Of a DNA stretch of 64,000 nt, positions 12,761 through 25,345 are shown in pieces. Position numbers and translations under genes: made by a program. The stretch is from Octopus vulgaris (lineage: Eukaryota): NCBI GenBank assembly GCA_951406725.2, contig OX597814.1, positions 97,836,001 to 97,900,000 of the forward strand, read 5' to 3'. Each line of letters starts with the position of its first letter. The stretch's first letter is position 1. The notes beneath the pieces were generated by a model. The model was not told the DNA's origin. It worked only from the letters and a program-made list of their open reading frames with translations, and searched no databases.

Positions 12761-14316
12761 TTACCTCTTCAACCACCACCTTTACTGCAATTCCTGGCCA
12801 ACCTTTACTAATTCTAACATTCACCCAATTTCTCTTATAACTTGATTACCTTGATACCTTTTACTTGTGGTGAGCTTTGTTGTAATACTCTCTTCTAGTA
12901 GTACTTGATGTATACACTATCATATATTGAATTATGATGCTATTCTACATTTCCCCTCATAATTATAATTTTTTTTCTTTCTTCATGAACCTTAGGACTC
13001 ATAAGGTCAATGTTAAACCTGGTGTCCATGGAATACCAAGTGGCTGAGATTACAGCATTCCCTGCTGAATGGGATGCTGGTCTATCACAGGGTTAATTCC
13101 CAGCTATTGCTGGAACTCATTTTACAGCTGAGTGGACTGGAGCAATGTAACTTAAAGTGTTTTGCTCAAGAACACAACACATCTCCCAATTTGGGAATCA
13201 AAACCACTATCTTATGATTATGAATGCAACACCCTAACCACTAGACCATGCAGCTTCACTGTAATTATTAGCCTACCAAAATTGCTTTTGTTTTCTTCTT
13301 TCATTATTTTTCAACACAATATCTATAAGGGTTGTTTATCTAGTGCACTGATCTAGTCAAAAAGTAGCGTTATATTTGTGGTAAAATATATGTAAGTATA
13401 AAAGATAGCTTGAAACACGTTTGTGTCTCTGAAATACCATCATCTTTCTGATTAAACTTTTTGTTAGTACAATTAAAACCAAGTTGTTGCCTGATTAGAT
13501 GGCAAGTAACTCAATTAGAAGAAGGTAATCTCCACAAACTAAAATATATACTTCTAATCAGCACTCTTTTTCACTGAATCAATTGATTGCCAATTTTCAT
13601 TATCATCTACAATCTTGAAAGAACAACTAATCAAAATGAATTAATATGAGAAAGTCTGTGCTGCCACTTAACTTGCAAGAACTAGTAACAAAATTCCCTT
13701 AAAACCATACCATTTTGTATTAAAACAGAAAAGAGACATTTGATAATGAAGTCCTAGTTAGATAAAAGGGTAAAAATGGTTAAGTCTGGAACAGATAGTT
13801 GACCATACATTTACTCACGTCTGACTTGGGACTTAGCAAGAATTGATATTATTCCATTGTTAAGTTCTATTAAGTTTTTGAAATTGAAAGATGCTGTTCA
13901 CCAAAATGGTTTGAACATCATTCTCACAAAACATTCTTCTGGGAAACATAGAAAATTAAGTTTCCTACTGTGTCTGCAGAATGGGTAACTGAGAATGATT
14001 ATCTAGCTACAACCTTTATACAAAAGAAGGTTAATTCTGAGCATGTTCAATCACATGATAGTATTGATGATAGTGTTGTCAAAAACCCAAACTCCTTCTA
14101 TTGGTAAAATTTTTCATTTCATTATGTACTTAATTTCTTCATGCCTTTATTACATGTGAGAGATTAAATATCTATGAAATAATGTCTATTTGGAAGTGTA
14201 TAGTTAGAAGAAAATGGTTTCTAAAATTCCATTAAATCATTACACTTTACCATATAGTACTAATTTAATTGAGTAATAATTGAAGACATGTTATTTTCAT
14301 TTTTTCACTTTATTAG

Positions 14317-14380
14317 AGATATCGATGGATCTATTGAAAAGCATATAAAAGAAAAAGCAGAATTAACTGCTAAATTGGAG
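14317..14380 (+). CDS. CEP89: CEP89 coding exon (DIDGSIEKHIKEKAELTAKLE)
   Basis: pyrimidine tract + ttag acceptor, GAG|gtgagt donor, phase 2/0. Confidence 0.8.
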
Positions 14381-15821
14381 GTGAGTATTGAGCTTGGTAC
14401 CTTATTGTAATGTATCTCAAGATAGATTAAAAAAGATAATTAATATATATTTCTTAACAAATTTGAATTTCTGGATTACACCATTGGCTAAAAGACACAA
14501 GCATTTTCACATACACACACATATACACACAACAGAGTTTTAGTTTCCACTTACCAAATTCACTGACAAGGCTTTAGTTAGCTCAAGGCTGTAGTAGGAT
14601 ACACTTGCTGAAAATACTATGTAGTGGGATTGAACCTAAAACCCCATGGGCTGAAGGCAAACTTTTTAACCACATAGCCATGCTTCCATCTAAGTTAAAT
14701 GGCAAATTGCTTAAGGTGACAAAAGTTTTGCTCAAAGGTTTCAAATGATGTGCAGAAAATTAAATATGTGAAGAGAGATATGGAATGACACTACATTCTT
14801 CATGTTTTACTACCAATATAAAAGCCTACACAAATGACTAAGTTAAAGAATTGCTTTTACAATAGTTCATGCAATGGCAGGAGTTCTTACTAAAAAGTAA
14901 TGGTATAGCAGCTAAAAATCAGACAGATCATTAAAAAGTTTTAATCAATGTAAATTATTGAAATCAGGAATGACAGAACTTGTGTTGGTATGTGAAAAGA
15001 TATGCACCATTACATTATGTAACAAAATTAAAATTTTTTTTGTGTCTTGGGCAGTATTATTTCCTATTTGCTTCTGTCTAGAAATCAAAGGAAATTACTA
15101 TTCTCTTCAAGCTTTGCTTCTGTGACCTGCACATCAATGTTTTGAAACTGACCTATTTTCCATTACATTTCAGACAAGAAATATTCTGCTCAATACTACA
15201 AATTTGCTTATCGGTCACTTGACCTTAACCACTTGAGCATGTCCCTTAGTGGCTGACAATATGTGCATCTCTGATGATGATCAGGAGTAGTGGGGGAACA
15301 TTATTAGCCATGTGTTGAGAAGGATTCTTTGGGGTTTGAGTAAATGTAACAAAAGCAAAGCTTGAAGAAAATTTTAGCCATTTTCCACACTTTCTAGGGA
15401 TAAGCAAACAGAAAATAACAGTTGTTACCCAAGGACAAAAATCATGTTACACTGTTACTGGTTGAAGTTTCACTTATTGAAAGCAGCATGAAGATTCAGA
15501 AAAGAAAGTTACTGTACATATTAACACAAACTGAAAGTCAAATCAGTATTGTACTGTGATTTCTGTACAAATATCCCTGCCAATACTGGACTGACTTCGT
15601 ATGTCTCTGAAATTGACTTATAATGGTAGCAAAGGAATTAAGAATGTTTGATTCAATTCACTGTAGTATTCATTAAATATACTTAAATATATTTAACAAA
15701 TGCTGAAGTATTCCTTAAATATATTTAAAGTAATTCATCTTAAATATTGCATTTTAACTGCTTTCATTTTTTGCTCTTTTTTTTTACTTTTACATATATA
15801 TTTATTGTTTTTGTTCTATAG

Positions 15822-15925
15822 GAAGCACATCAGAAAATAGATAGGTTTCAAGAATTACAAGTTCATTGTAAAGATAAAATTGAGCGCATGCACAGTAAAA
15901 TAAAAGATCTGAAAGCTTCAAACAG
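15822..15925 (+). CDS. CEP89: CEP89 coding exon (EAHQKIDRFQELQVHCKDKIERMHSKIKDLKASNR)
   Basis: ctatag acceptor, CAG|gtaaga donor, phase 0/2. Confidence 0.8.
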
Positions 15926-16059
15926 GTAAGAAGTTTAGAGCCTGATTTCATTTTTAATTGTGTTAATCCAATCTCCAAATACTCTGTACTAGAAGTGGAG
16001 AGCTTTTTTATGTTGAAAGTCCAGCATTGAAAGTAACTATCCTGACAAGGCTGCATTTA

Positions 16060-16112
<53 letters not shown>

Positions 16113-16708
16113 TATTAAACCTTTTATTTTATAAAATATAGTTATTCATAAAACTCTGAACAAAATCTAAAAAGTGAAAACAGGCAGTTTTGGAATAAGC
16201 ATTTTTAATGTAACATTTTATTTATTTTTCTTTTCCAAAGCAGTTCTGGATTTCTATATTTTAAACAGAGTTGTAGCTACTTTAAGCAAGTAATTGCAAG
16301 TATAAATAAAGAAATATAAATAGGTATTTCTAACATTCAAATTTTATTGAGAAAAGCTTTAAATAAAATTATATAACAAGAAAAATTTTCCCTCTCAAAT
16401 ATTATTTCTTTTAAATACCGTATTTAGCCCTTCAAAGGGCAGCACACAATCATAAGGCTGCAGTTTTCCCATCTCTTCTGGAGATTAATATCCTTTCTTC
16501 AATTTTTTTTCTGTCATTTTCTTACTTTTTAAATTTTTTCATTGCCTTTTAATTTTTTTTTTTTTTGCATTCGTTTTCCTTGCTTTTCATTCTTAAACTA
16601 TCTTTATTTTGAAACACAAGCTGAAATTTTTGAGTCAAATTAAAATGAATGTTCCTTGTATTGATGTTTTTAAAATCTTTTTAACAAATATCAAATATGT
16701 TTTATTAG

Positions 16709-16796
16709 GAAATATGCTGCTCAAAATCAGAAACTTTTACACATTGTACAAATTTCTCATAACCGAGAACAACTGTCTCAAGACCAACTGAAGAAA
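16709..16796 (+). CDS. CEP89: CEP89 coding exon (KYAAQNQKLLHIVQISHNREQLSQDQLKK)
   Basis: attag acceptor, gtaatt donor; phase 2/0 bridges the neighbours. Homology is weaker and an unseen phase-0 exon may follow. Confidence 0.65.
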
Positions 16797-16905
16797 GTAA
16801 TTACCACACTATTTAAGTTTTCTCCATTTCAATATCTGTCTGTATGTCTGTCTGTCATATTCATTGTATCTGGAATATATGTTATAACAGTAAAAGTCAA
16901 CTTAA

Positions 16906-17124
16906 CCCTTTAGTATTTAAACTGGCCATATCCGGCCAAAATAGTTAATCTGTTTTATGTTCAAACTGACCAGATCCAGGCTCTCACACCTACCCTACAA
17001 TGTTATTCTACATTAAGTAATTACACCATCAAGATCTTGAAGATATGAGATAATGCATGATTAATTCAAATCAATGGGAATCAATTAGCAATATGTTTGA
17101 TAGAATAATCTGAACACTAAAGGG
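16906..17124. mobile_element. TTAA-targeting (piggyBac-like) MITE
   Basis: TTAA|CCCTTTAG...CTAAAGGG|TTAA; inverted copy at ~39774-39993, partial copy at ~60937-61055. Confidence 0.8.
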
Positions 17125-18382
17125 TTAAAAAACAAAACAATATAGTATCACAAAAATTAATCCATTGATGCTTTTCACTTTTTATATCTCAAAGCATAGA
17201 GACATTTGTGATTGGCTATTATATTTTTTACTTTACGTGAAATTCCTTTGCTAGATTATCTTCACATTCTACAATATGTGCTTTCAAAAAGCTTTATGGT
17301 AGGCAAGACAACACGGCAATAAGTACTGTATCTGTTGGGATAAAGAAGCAATTTTGCCTCCAAATATGTCTCCAAAAATTCACCCTGGATCCTATATGTG
17401 AAGTTAGGCCTATTTTACATGCTTTATTGTGCTAAAAACTTTTCTCCCTGAATTTGGGGTGCAAGAAATTGCAAAGTCTTCATTTGTTGTCTACATGACA
17501 GGAAAGCTCCTCACACACATGCATCATATATGTTTTATATATATATATATATATATCATAATTTAACATCTGCTCTCCATACTGGTATGAGTATATGTAT
17601 ATGTGTTTAAAGAGGAATATAGTCTATTGGTGTGAGGTAATACCAGGGGATATAAGTATTATTACAGTAGTTCATCTGCTACAATTTGGAAATCTAGATT
17701 TTATAATCATTCTCATTCATTCAAGTGTAGAAGAAAAAGTAATTCTACAAATCCTAGTGAATGCATTTGGAATTTAAAAGATAGTAACATTAAGTATGAT
17801 TTAAAGTGGTCCATTATTAGTTATTCACCATCATACAATATTGATAATTCTAAATGTGATCTTTGCCTTGAAGAAATGTATTATATAATTACTTCTTAAT
17901 TAATTTTATTGAATTTTAATGGGAACTTTATAAGATATTTCGATAAATTTGGAAAGACATTCAAATATTTCAGTTCTTAATTACAGTAGCTATTCTGTTT
18001 TGTTTTCTTTGTTCCTCTTTCTCCATTTTTATTTTTGAATATTGGATAAAATGGATATGTATACACCAACATTATATGTATGTTACACATGATTGATTTT
18101 AATGGATTTTATCTGGCCTTTAGTTCAGTTGACAGTGCCACATGCTGTTTGCTGGACTCCTGATTAATACCAAATAGATAAACATTGTGTTTCAACTCAT
18201 CAGGGAAATTGTGTTATTTCTGTTGTTTTTACATGATCATGGAGATAGTTGTAGGTTTATTGAAGCAAATTTTACAGACAAAAAAAAAAACATTAATGGG
18301 ATTTGTCCAAAAGTATTTCACTCCAATAATTATGATTTTTCACTTGTTTTCATAAACTTGACAGCCTAGTTTATTCAAAAAG

Positions 18383-18814
18383 GGATCTTTTCGGTTTGAA
18401 CGGCAGTTTTTAACATAATTTCTAGGTAACTAAAAAATTTTAAACTTTGTATACTGGTAGAATGTGTTTATAAAACATCTTTTTCTCTTGGCTTTATTGA
18501 GAAAATTCTATAGTTTGTAAGATATTTGTTGTTTTTTTCTTCAATTTCTGCAATTTCAACCAATCAATGACGTCTATTGAGTTAAAAAACATTTTGTGCT
18601 GTATGAATATGTCCCTCGTTTAAGAAACAGATTGGGTTTATTTACATTTGTGAAGAAAAAAAGATACCCTTCCCCCAACCCATAAGCCTGACCCTAACTA
18701 ACCCTAACCCTAAAACAGATTGAAATGCAATAGATCGATACTAGGGTCATAATTATGGGTGACAATTTCATATGACACTGCTAGAAAAAACTGCCGTTCA
18801 AACTGAAATGATCC
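18383..18814. mobile_element. Non-autonomous DNA transposon, GG...CC termini, 8-bp TSD, internal CCCTAA repeats (Merlin-like)
   Basis: 28-bp TIR GGATCTTTTCGGTTTGAACGGCAGTTTT / AAAACTGCCGTTCAAACTGAAATGATCC; flanks TCAAAAAG / TCGAAAAG. Confidence 0.75.
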
Positions 18815-19046
18815 TCGAAAAGTTCCAACAATTCCTCTGCATTTGAAAGTAAAATAATATACAAGGATACAATATCTAAAGATAATTCACATGTGTAGTA
18901 GATCACACTTTTGCTCTTAGTTATTGTATATGTCCAAAAATTGTGTGTGTGTGTGTGTGTGTTAATGTTGTAATTTTAATTACCTAAATTCTTTTTATGA
19001 GTTTGGATTATTAATAGCTACTGTTGAAATATATTAACACTTTCAG

Positions 19047-19136
19047 TTGAAAGCCAATGAAGATATTGTTTTAAAACTGATTGATAAAACCAGTCTGAGA
19101 GAAGAGAAACAGAAAAATCTGAAGGCCACCATGAAG
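19047..19136 (+). CDS. CEP89: CEP89 coding exon (LKANEDIVLKLIDKTSLREEKQKNLKATMK)
   Basis: tttcag acceptor, AAG|gtttgt donor, phase 0/0. Confidence 0.75.
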
Positions 19137-19159
19137 GTTTGTTATTAATATCCAAGGGT

Positions 19160-19350
19160 GCTTCATCATCATCATTATCATTGCCATCATCACTGTCATC
19201 ATTGTCACCACTACAACCACCATCATCATCGTCATTGTTGTCATCATCAATATCATCGTTGTCACACTACCATTATCATCACTGCTATCATCATCATCAT
19301 CTTCCCCCTCCCTCTTCCTCCTCCTCATGATCATGATCACCATCATCATT
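19160..19350. repeat. Degenerate (CAT)n microsatellite / SINE tail
   Basis: Directly visible, abuts a reverse-oriented family C repeat. Confidence 0.85.
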
Positions 19351-20656
19351 TAATGTCCATCTTCCATAGTGTTATGGGTTGGGTAGTTTACCAAGATCCA
19401 ACTGGTCTACTTGGGCATGGTTTCCACAGTTGGATGACTCCAATGCCAACCACTTAGTAGAGTGTTTTGGGTGGTTTTTCTGTGGCATTATCACTAATGA
19501 CCATGAAGCTTGCAAGACTAAGATTTCCTTTGACTAAGTGGGGCTACGATAGAAAGTGGGTGGCTTTACATTAGGAGATGAGAGAGAGAGGTTATGGTAA
19601 GAGAGATGGGGCCAGAACAGGACAGGTTTCTTGCTGTAGAAGAGCTACATGACTACACACATTTTAAAGAGAAGGTGGAAGTGATCATCAAGTGGAGCCA
19701 GGAAATGAGGAAAAATAATGGTGATATGGCTATGATGCTCCCCCACTACCCCTGCTCATCATCAGTGATGCACATATTGTCATGCTCAAGTGGTTAAGGT
19801 CAAGCAACTGACAGGTAAATTTGTGGTGTCGAGCAGAATATTTGCTATAGCAATATTTCTGCGGTGAGCTAGCAGAAACGTTAGCATGCCAGATAAAATG
19901 CTTAGCAGTATTTTGTCTGTCTTTACATTCTGAGTTCAAATTTTGCCAAGGTTGACTTTACCTTTTATCCTTTTAGGGTCGATGAATTAAGTACTAGTTG
20001 TGTACTGGGATTGATCTAATCAACTGGCCCCCCCTCCTCCCAAATTTCAGGCCTTGTACCCAGAGTAGAAAAGAATATTTCTGCTTCAGCAACACAGTGC
20101 CGAATCTGTCGGAAATGTAATGGTAAATAGGTCAGTTTCAAAACATTGATGTGCAGGTCACAAAAGCAAAGTTGAAGAGAATAGTAATTTCCTTTGATTT
20201 CTAGATAGAAGTAAATGAAAAATAACACTTACTGACCAAGGACACAAAAAAAAATAATTTTAATTTGTTACACGATGTATTGTGTTTTACAGTATATTTA
20301 CTGTATACTGTATATTTATGGCAGCAAAAGGGTATAATATTAGTATTTACATCTAAATAAATTTAGATGTTAGAAAGCATAGTTCTAAGAGAAATATAAC
20401 AATACAACACATTCCTTCTTTGCTTTTAGTATTTATTTCATTGATCTCTTTAAAACAAAAGTCAAATTGTACTCTGATAGGATTTAAATTTAGAACATTT
20501 AGAACATGGAGGTACCTGGCTAGATACCTCTCTCAGTCATTTATAATCTGTCTCTTTCAGCTTTGTATAAGTAAGTTTAGGGAAAAAAAAACTTACAATC
20601 CAATATTGGTTTGTTTTCTCCAGTCACAAACTGAAATCTTTATTCATGTCTTTCAG

Positions 20657-20682
20657 GTTTACAAGAAAAAACTTTCTGAAGA
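20657..20682 (+). CDS. CEP89: CEP89 26-nt microexon (VYKKKLSEE)
   Basis: tctttcag acceptor, gtaagt donor; phase 0/2 is required to link the flanking exons; resembles vertebrate GYKKQ. Confidence 0.75.
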
Positions 20683-20921
20683 GTAAGTATGTATTGGAAT
20701 TTATTGTATTCTTATTAGAGTTAGATGTGTGATTATTGTGGGAGGTGGCTTTATACCGTATGATGAGAGATTAAAGTAAGACAGAGGGACAAAAACAGGT
20801 GTTTTGCTGTAGAGGAGATAATACATGGCTACTCCAGCTGGAAAAGAGAGAAGATAGTGATGAAGCTGTACCTGGGTATACTCTTGAGTTACTGGAAGGT
20901 GAATATAAGAGAAGTGGTACA

Positions 20922-21150
20922 GGGCGAGCTGGCAGAAATGTTAGCACGCCGGGCGAAATGCTTAGCCGTATTTCGTCTGCTGCTATGTTCTGAGTTCAAA
21001 TTCCGCCGAGGTCGACTTTGCCTTTCATCCTTTCGGGGTCGATTAAATAAGAACCAGTTATGCACTGGGGTCGATATAATCGACTTAATCCGTTTGTCTG
21101 TCCTTGTTTGTCCTCTCTGTGTTTAGCCCCTTGTGGGTAGTAAAGAAATA
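20922..21150 (+). mobile_element. Young family A tRNA-derived SINE
   Basis: Near-identical to the copies at 28453-28676, 28927-29158 and 49683-49897; CpGs largely intact. Confidence 0.85.
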
Positions 21151-21447
21151 GGCACAGGGGATTGGACAAAGTGAGGATAGGAAAGTAAGTTTGTGAGAGT
21201 TTGAAAGGAGAGTGGTAGATGGATAGAGATGTGGTTAGAGGGGAATGCAGTGAGTGGGGGGCATGGGAGGAGTGAAGGATGTTAAAAAGATGAGTTTTGT
21301 GAGGGATGAATGTTAGGAAGATAAGTTGTTGGGGAAATGATTTATCAAATGTAAAATAATAGTTCATATATGCATTATTTTTGCAAGAAATTTATTTAAA
21401 ATTGTTTGAATATGTTTGTTATTAAATATTTGATTTCTGTTTTAAAG

Positions 21448-21570
21448 GCGGGAGACAAAACATAAAATTGTAAACAATTTGCAGGAAGAGTTTCAAAAGC
21501 AAATTATGAAGTTGTATTCTGACTTGAGGCATAAAAATAATTTATTACAGATGTCTGAGGCTGATAAACA
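21448..21570 (+). CDS. CEP89: CEP89 coding exon (RETKHKIVNNLQEEFQKQIMKLYSDLRHKNNLLQMSEADKQ)
   Basis: tttaaag acceptor, gtaagt donor, phase 2/2. Confidence 0.8.
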
Positions 21571-23923
21571 GTAAGTGATAGCAATAAATGTATTTTTGTA
21601 TATTTGTCATAAAATTTGTTGCATGATTTTTAGTAAATTTATATTCTCTTAATGAATATACCTTTTTGTTGTTGTTGACAAATTCATTTCTGGCTTGTAG
21701 TTAGATGGTAATCTGGCCCACAGAACCAGCTTCTATATCTTCATTTGTTTAACAATTCCACTGTGCAATCTGACATGCTATGGTTTATTGTGCTGCATGA
21801 TAGACCAGGGATATCATATTACCTCCACTATTCATATCAATGTCTGCTGCCCTGGCATGTGCTCACAGTGGAGATGAACTAGATGTGTTCAATCAAGAGT
21901 ATATCAGTCATTTCCCTTCAGAGCTTATTCTAGATGGTATACATCACAGTATGCCCTTTATAGTTATTGAACTATAGTGTAGGAGAGATTGTATTTTTAA
22001 GATGATGTTGTAGATGCATGTAGGTGTTGAGGATAATTTAACAAGGACTGAACAGGCTGTATCTTACTGAGACAATAAACTGCACTTTTCATATATTCCA
22101 TCATTACTTCCCATGTAAAGTTTATATCTTTCTGTGGTTACTTAAGCTTAGTACATTTGTATTAATGTAATTCTACTATGTTTAATAAGGCACAAGAACA
22201 AAGACTTGAGATTATTCTGACCACTGAAGTGTTGCATTGCTATTAATTACTATATAAATATTGTGTTGGATGAGATTCTACTGATGTTATTTGCATGGCG
22301 TTTTGGCTATTTAGAAAAAATTATGTTCTTATATATAACAGCTACAGGCATGGCTGTGTAGTTAACAACAGTCCTGTTGCCTGGTACTTTCAGTAAATGT
22401 CTTCAACTATAATCCCAGACTAATAAATGGTATGTGAATGAATTTGGTAGTCAGAAACTACAGGAACCCTATTGTGTTTGTTAGTGTCAGAGCCTCATAA
22501 AAAGCATCTAGTACACTCTGTAAAGTGGTTGGCATTAGAAAGGGCATCCAGCCATAGAGACCATGCCAAAGCAGACAATGGTGCTTAGTGCATTATAAGC
22601 TAATAGGAATGGAACCAGCTTAAACAAAAATATACTGTTCATTATGAGGCTGATGTCATCCAGAATTTCACAGAGTAAAGTTAGCATAAATGAAATAGGC
22701 TGTTCATGATGTGACAAGTCAAGAGCCATTCCATGATGAAGAAGCAATGTCTATCTGGTAACTGATTAAAAAAACTCCCACTTCACTTCATGGGCAGAGA
22801 ACTGTCTCTAGTATTCTTATGCACCCATCCCTGATTGGCTATTACATAACAACAAAAATAGCTTTCCTGACATGCTACAGAATAATTTAAAATACTCAAA
22901 CACTTTTTAATTACTATAGTCAGTGTGTTAGCCCCCACTTACTTATGAAGATCTGGTAAGATTTGAGTTTTACATATACCATAATTGTTGTTTAATGTCC
23001 AATTTTCCATGCTTGCATGGGTTGGATGGAGTTTATTCGAGGCAAATTTTCTACAGCTGAATGCCTTACCTTGTCACCAACCCTCACCTGTTTCAAAGCA
23101 AGGTAATATTTTGGCCAGACATGTTTATGCAGAAGATTGAAAATGAATGACACTGATTCTATGACAGTGACACTTATTTATAGCTGATCACATTGTAATA
23201 TGGGGAACTGTAATATGAGGAACAAAATGCAATTCACCTACTTCTCAGTGTTGACTGTCCAGCTAGGTTAAAGCTGAGATATGCCCCACCTATCTGATCT
23301 ATTGCTAGAACTTACGACTAATTCCCTTTCTAGCTTGCACATCTACTCCCACTACCCGAGGTCAAAGAGGCCCAAACTGGTCCAACTTCCACCCATGTTC
23401 TCACTCACTCTTTCTCTTGTGGTAGGGCTCTTCAGCCATTGACATCACTGACCCTTTCCTTCCGGTCCACCTCATCCCCACATATATGGTGTCAAAATAA
23501 GGAGACATAAACACATGCATATTTTACACACACACAACAAGCTTCTTTCATTTTCTGCCTGCAAATCTACTCACAATGCTTTGGTCAGCCTGGCGTTATA
23601 GTAAAAGACATTTAACCAAGATGCAACTGAACCCGGATTGAACACAGTGGTAGGGAAGCAAATTCCCAAACGTAAAACCACACTATAAATTACAAACCAC
23701 TTATGAATTATCTAAGGTTCCTACTGCTTATAATGGTAAATTGCAACTTGTGACAATCTCTATGATTAGGTTCTGTGAGTCAACTTCAATTAAATGTCTT
23801 GGCCATGAAGGTAGAGCTTAGAGTTATAACCATTCTGGCCACTAACAATCTGATAATTTGTAATTTCAAATATCCATGCATTTTAAAAGTTCCATTTTGA
23901 AACTTTTCTCTTTGTTTTTATAG

Positions 23924-24083
23924 ACAAATGGAAGAAGATATGGAGACATTGTATATGGCAGCACAGAATGAAAATTCAATGATGTACCAGCTTTTGCATG
24001 GGATATCATGTAATAAAAACATTGTTACTTGTTGTGATAGTGATGAAGAAAACAATGTTTCTAACTGTGATAGTGATAAGTAA
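23924..24083 (+). CDS. CEP89: CEP89 probable last coding exon (QMEEDMETLYMAAQNENSMMYQLLHGISCNKNIVTCCDSDEENNVSNCDSDK*)
   Basis: long pyrimidine tract + tag acceptor; TAA at 24081-24083; AATAAA at 24216-24221. Confidence 0.8.
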
Positions 24084-24924
24084 ATAATTTTACCTAGTAT
24101 ATAAAGTATAGCAGTTTGTATTTATTGTGTATTTATATGAATATTTATGTAGTGTATAGTCTAATTTCAACATTTACCTCAGAATGTTATTAATTTATTT
24201 TGTATAAGTATTGTGAATAAATTATCATCAAGCATTGCTCACTTTGTTTTGTTAATCATTTGTTGGTATTTTTTTTCTTGTTTTTCTTTGTCTTAGACTT
24301 AAATTTAGAAGGATTGAGAAGAAGTCATAGATAAAGTAAATGGCCAAAAATATTTATTTACTGATGAAATCATAAAGTTTCTTCTTTTATTTTCTTTTAC
24401 TTGTTTCAGTCATTGGACTGTGGCCATGCTGGGGGCACTGTTTCAAGGGTTTTAGTCAAATAAATCAACCCCAGTACTTTTCCTTTTTAAGTCCAGCACT
24501 ATCAGATTCTTTTGCTGAACAGCTAAGTTACAGGGTCATAAACAAACCAGTACCGGTTGTCAACCAGTGGTGGTGGTGGTGGACAAATATAGGGGGCCTG
24601 GAATGGGGGTGGTGAGAAACGCACACTCAAAAGCTGCCCAATATAGCACACACTCTAGCTATGCCCCTGCAACTACTGCAAGTTATTTTATGTGACAATC
24701 TAACATTTATGCCAGTCCTCCACCCCCCATTAACGTATAATAATAGTTTCAAATTTTGGCACAGGGCCAGCAGTTTTTTGAGGTGAGGAGAAAGTCATTT
24801 TATCGACCCCAGTACTTGACTGGTACTTATTTTATTGACTATGAAAGGATGAAAGGCAAAGTCAGCCTTGGCAGAATTTGAACTTAGAATGTAAAGACAA
24901 ACAAAGTTCTTAGCAGCATTTGTC

Positions 24925-25345
24925 TAGGATAGGGTTAGTGTTAGCATTAGGGATAGGTTTAATATTAGGGTTAGGGTTAGGCTCAGAAATTATGGGGGAG
25001 TTTGTTAAGTCAATTGCATCAACCACCAGTGTTCAACTGGTACTTTATTTCATCAATCTTGAAAGGTTGAAAGGCAAAGTCAACCTCAGCAGACTTGAAC
25101 GCAGAATGTAAAGATGGATGAGATCCTGCTTAAAATTTCGCCCGACATGCTAACCAATGGAAGTAATGAATCATATGTTGGACTTGTTGAACATCAATAA
25201 ATCCTGGAAGATTAGGGTTAGGTTTAGGGTTAGTGCTAGAGTAAGGGTTAGGGTTAGGGATAAGGTTAGGGTTATGGCTAGGGTTTGCATTAGGATTAGG
25301 TTTAGTGTTAGGTTTAGGGATAGGGTTAGGTTTATTGTTAGGGCT
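24925..25345 (+). repeat. Two degenerate interstitial (TTAGGG)n arrays (24925-24982, 25190-25345) interleaved with SINE pieces
   Basis: TTAGGG/TTAGGT/TTAGTG hexamers directly visible. Confidence 0.85.

Larger units (their letters stand above)
477..24083 (+). other. CEP89: CEP89 (centrosomal protein 89 kDa) orthologue, 3' portion; gene span, 5' exons lie upstream of the window
   Basis: 13 GT-AG exons join in frame with matching phases. The spliced peptide ...KLNRELSKYQAKF...[26 protein letters not shown]...EENHILLEQL...MEEDMETLY...EN matches recalled vertebrate CEP89 (LNVELSRYQTKF...[26 protein letters not shown]...EENKLLLEQL...MEGELEVIW...EN). Confidence 0.85.

Noticed and set aside
20857-21126. 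ORF nearly identical to 28951..29244
   Set aside because: Both are read-throughs of the same SINE family, not paralogous genes
23193-23482. Possible solo LTR (TG...CA) nested in a SINE; a similar candidate lies at ~26540-26910
   Set aside because: No clear TSD and no second copy in the window
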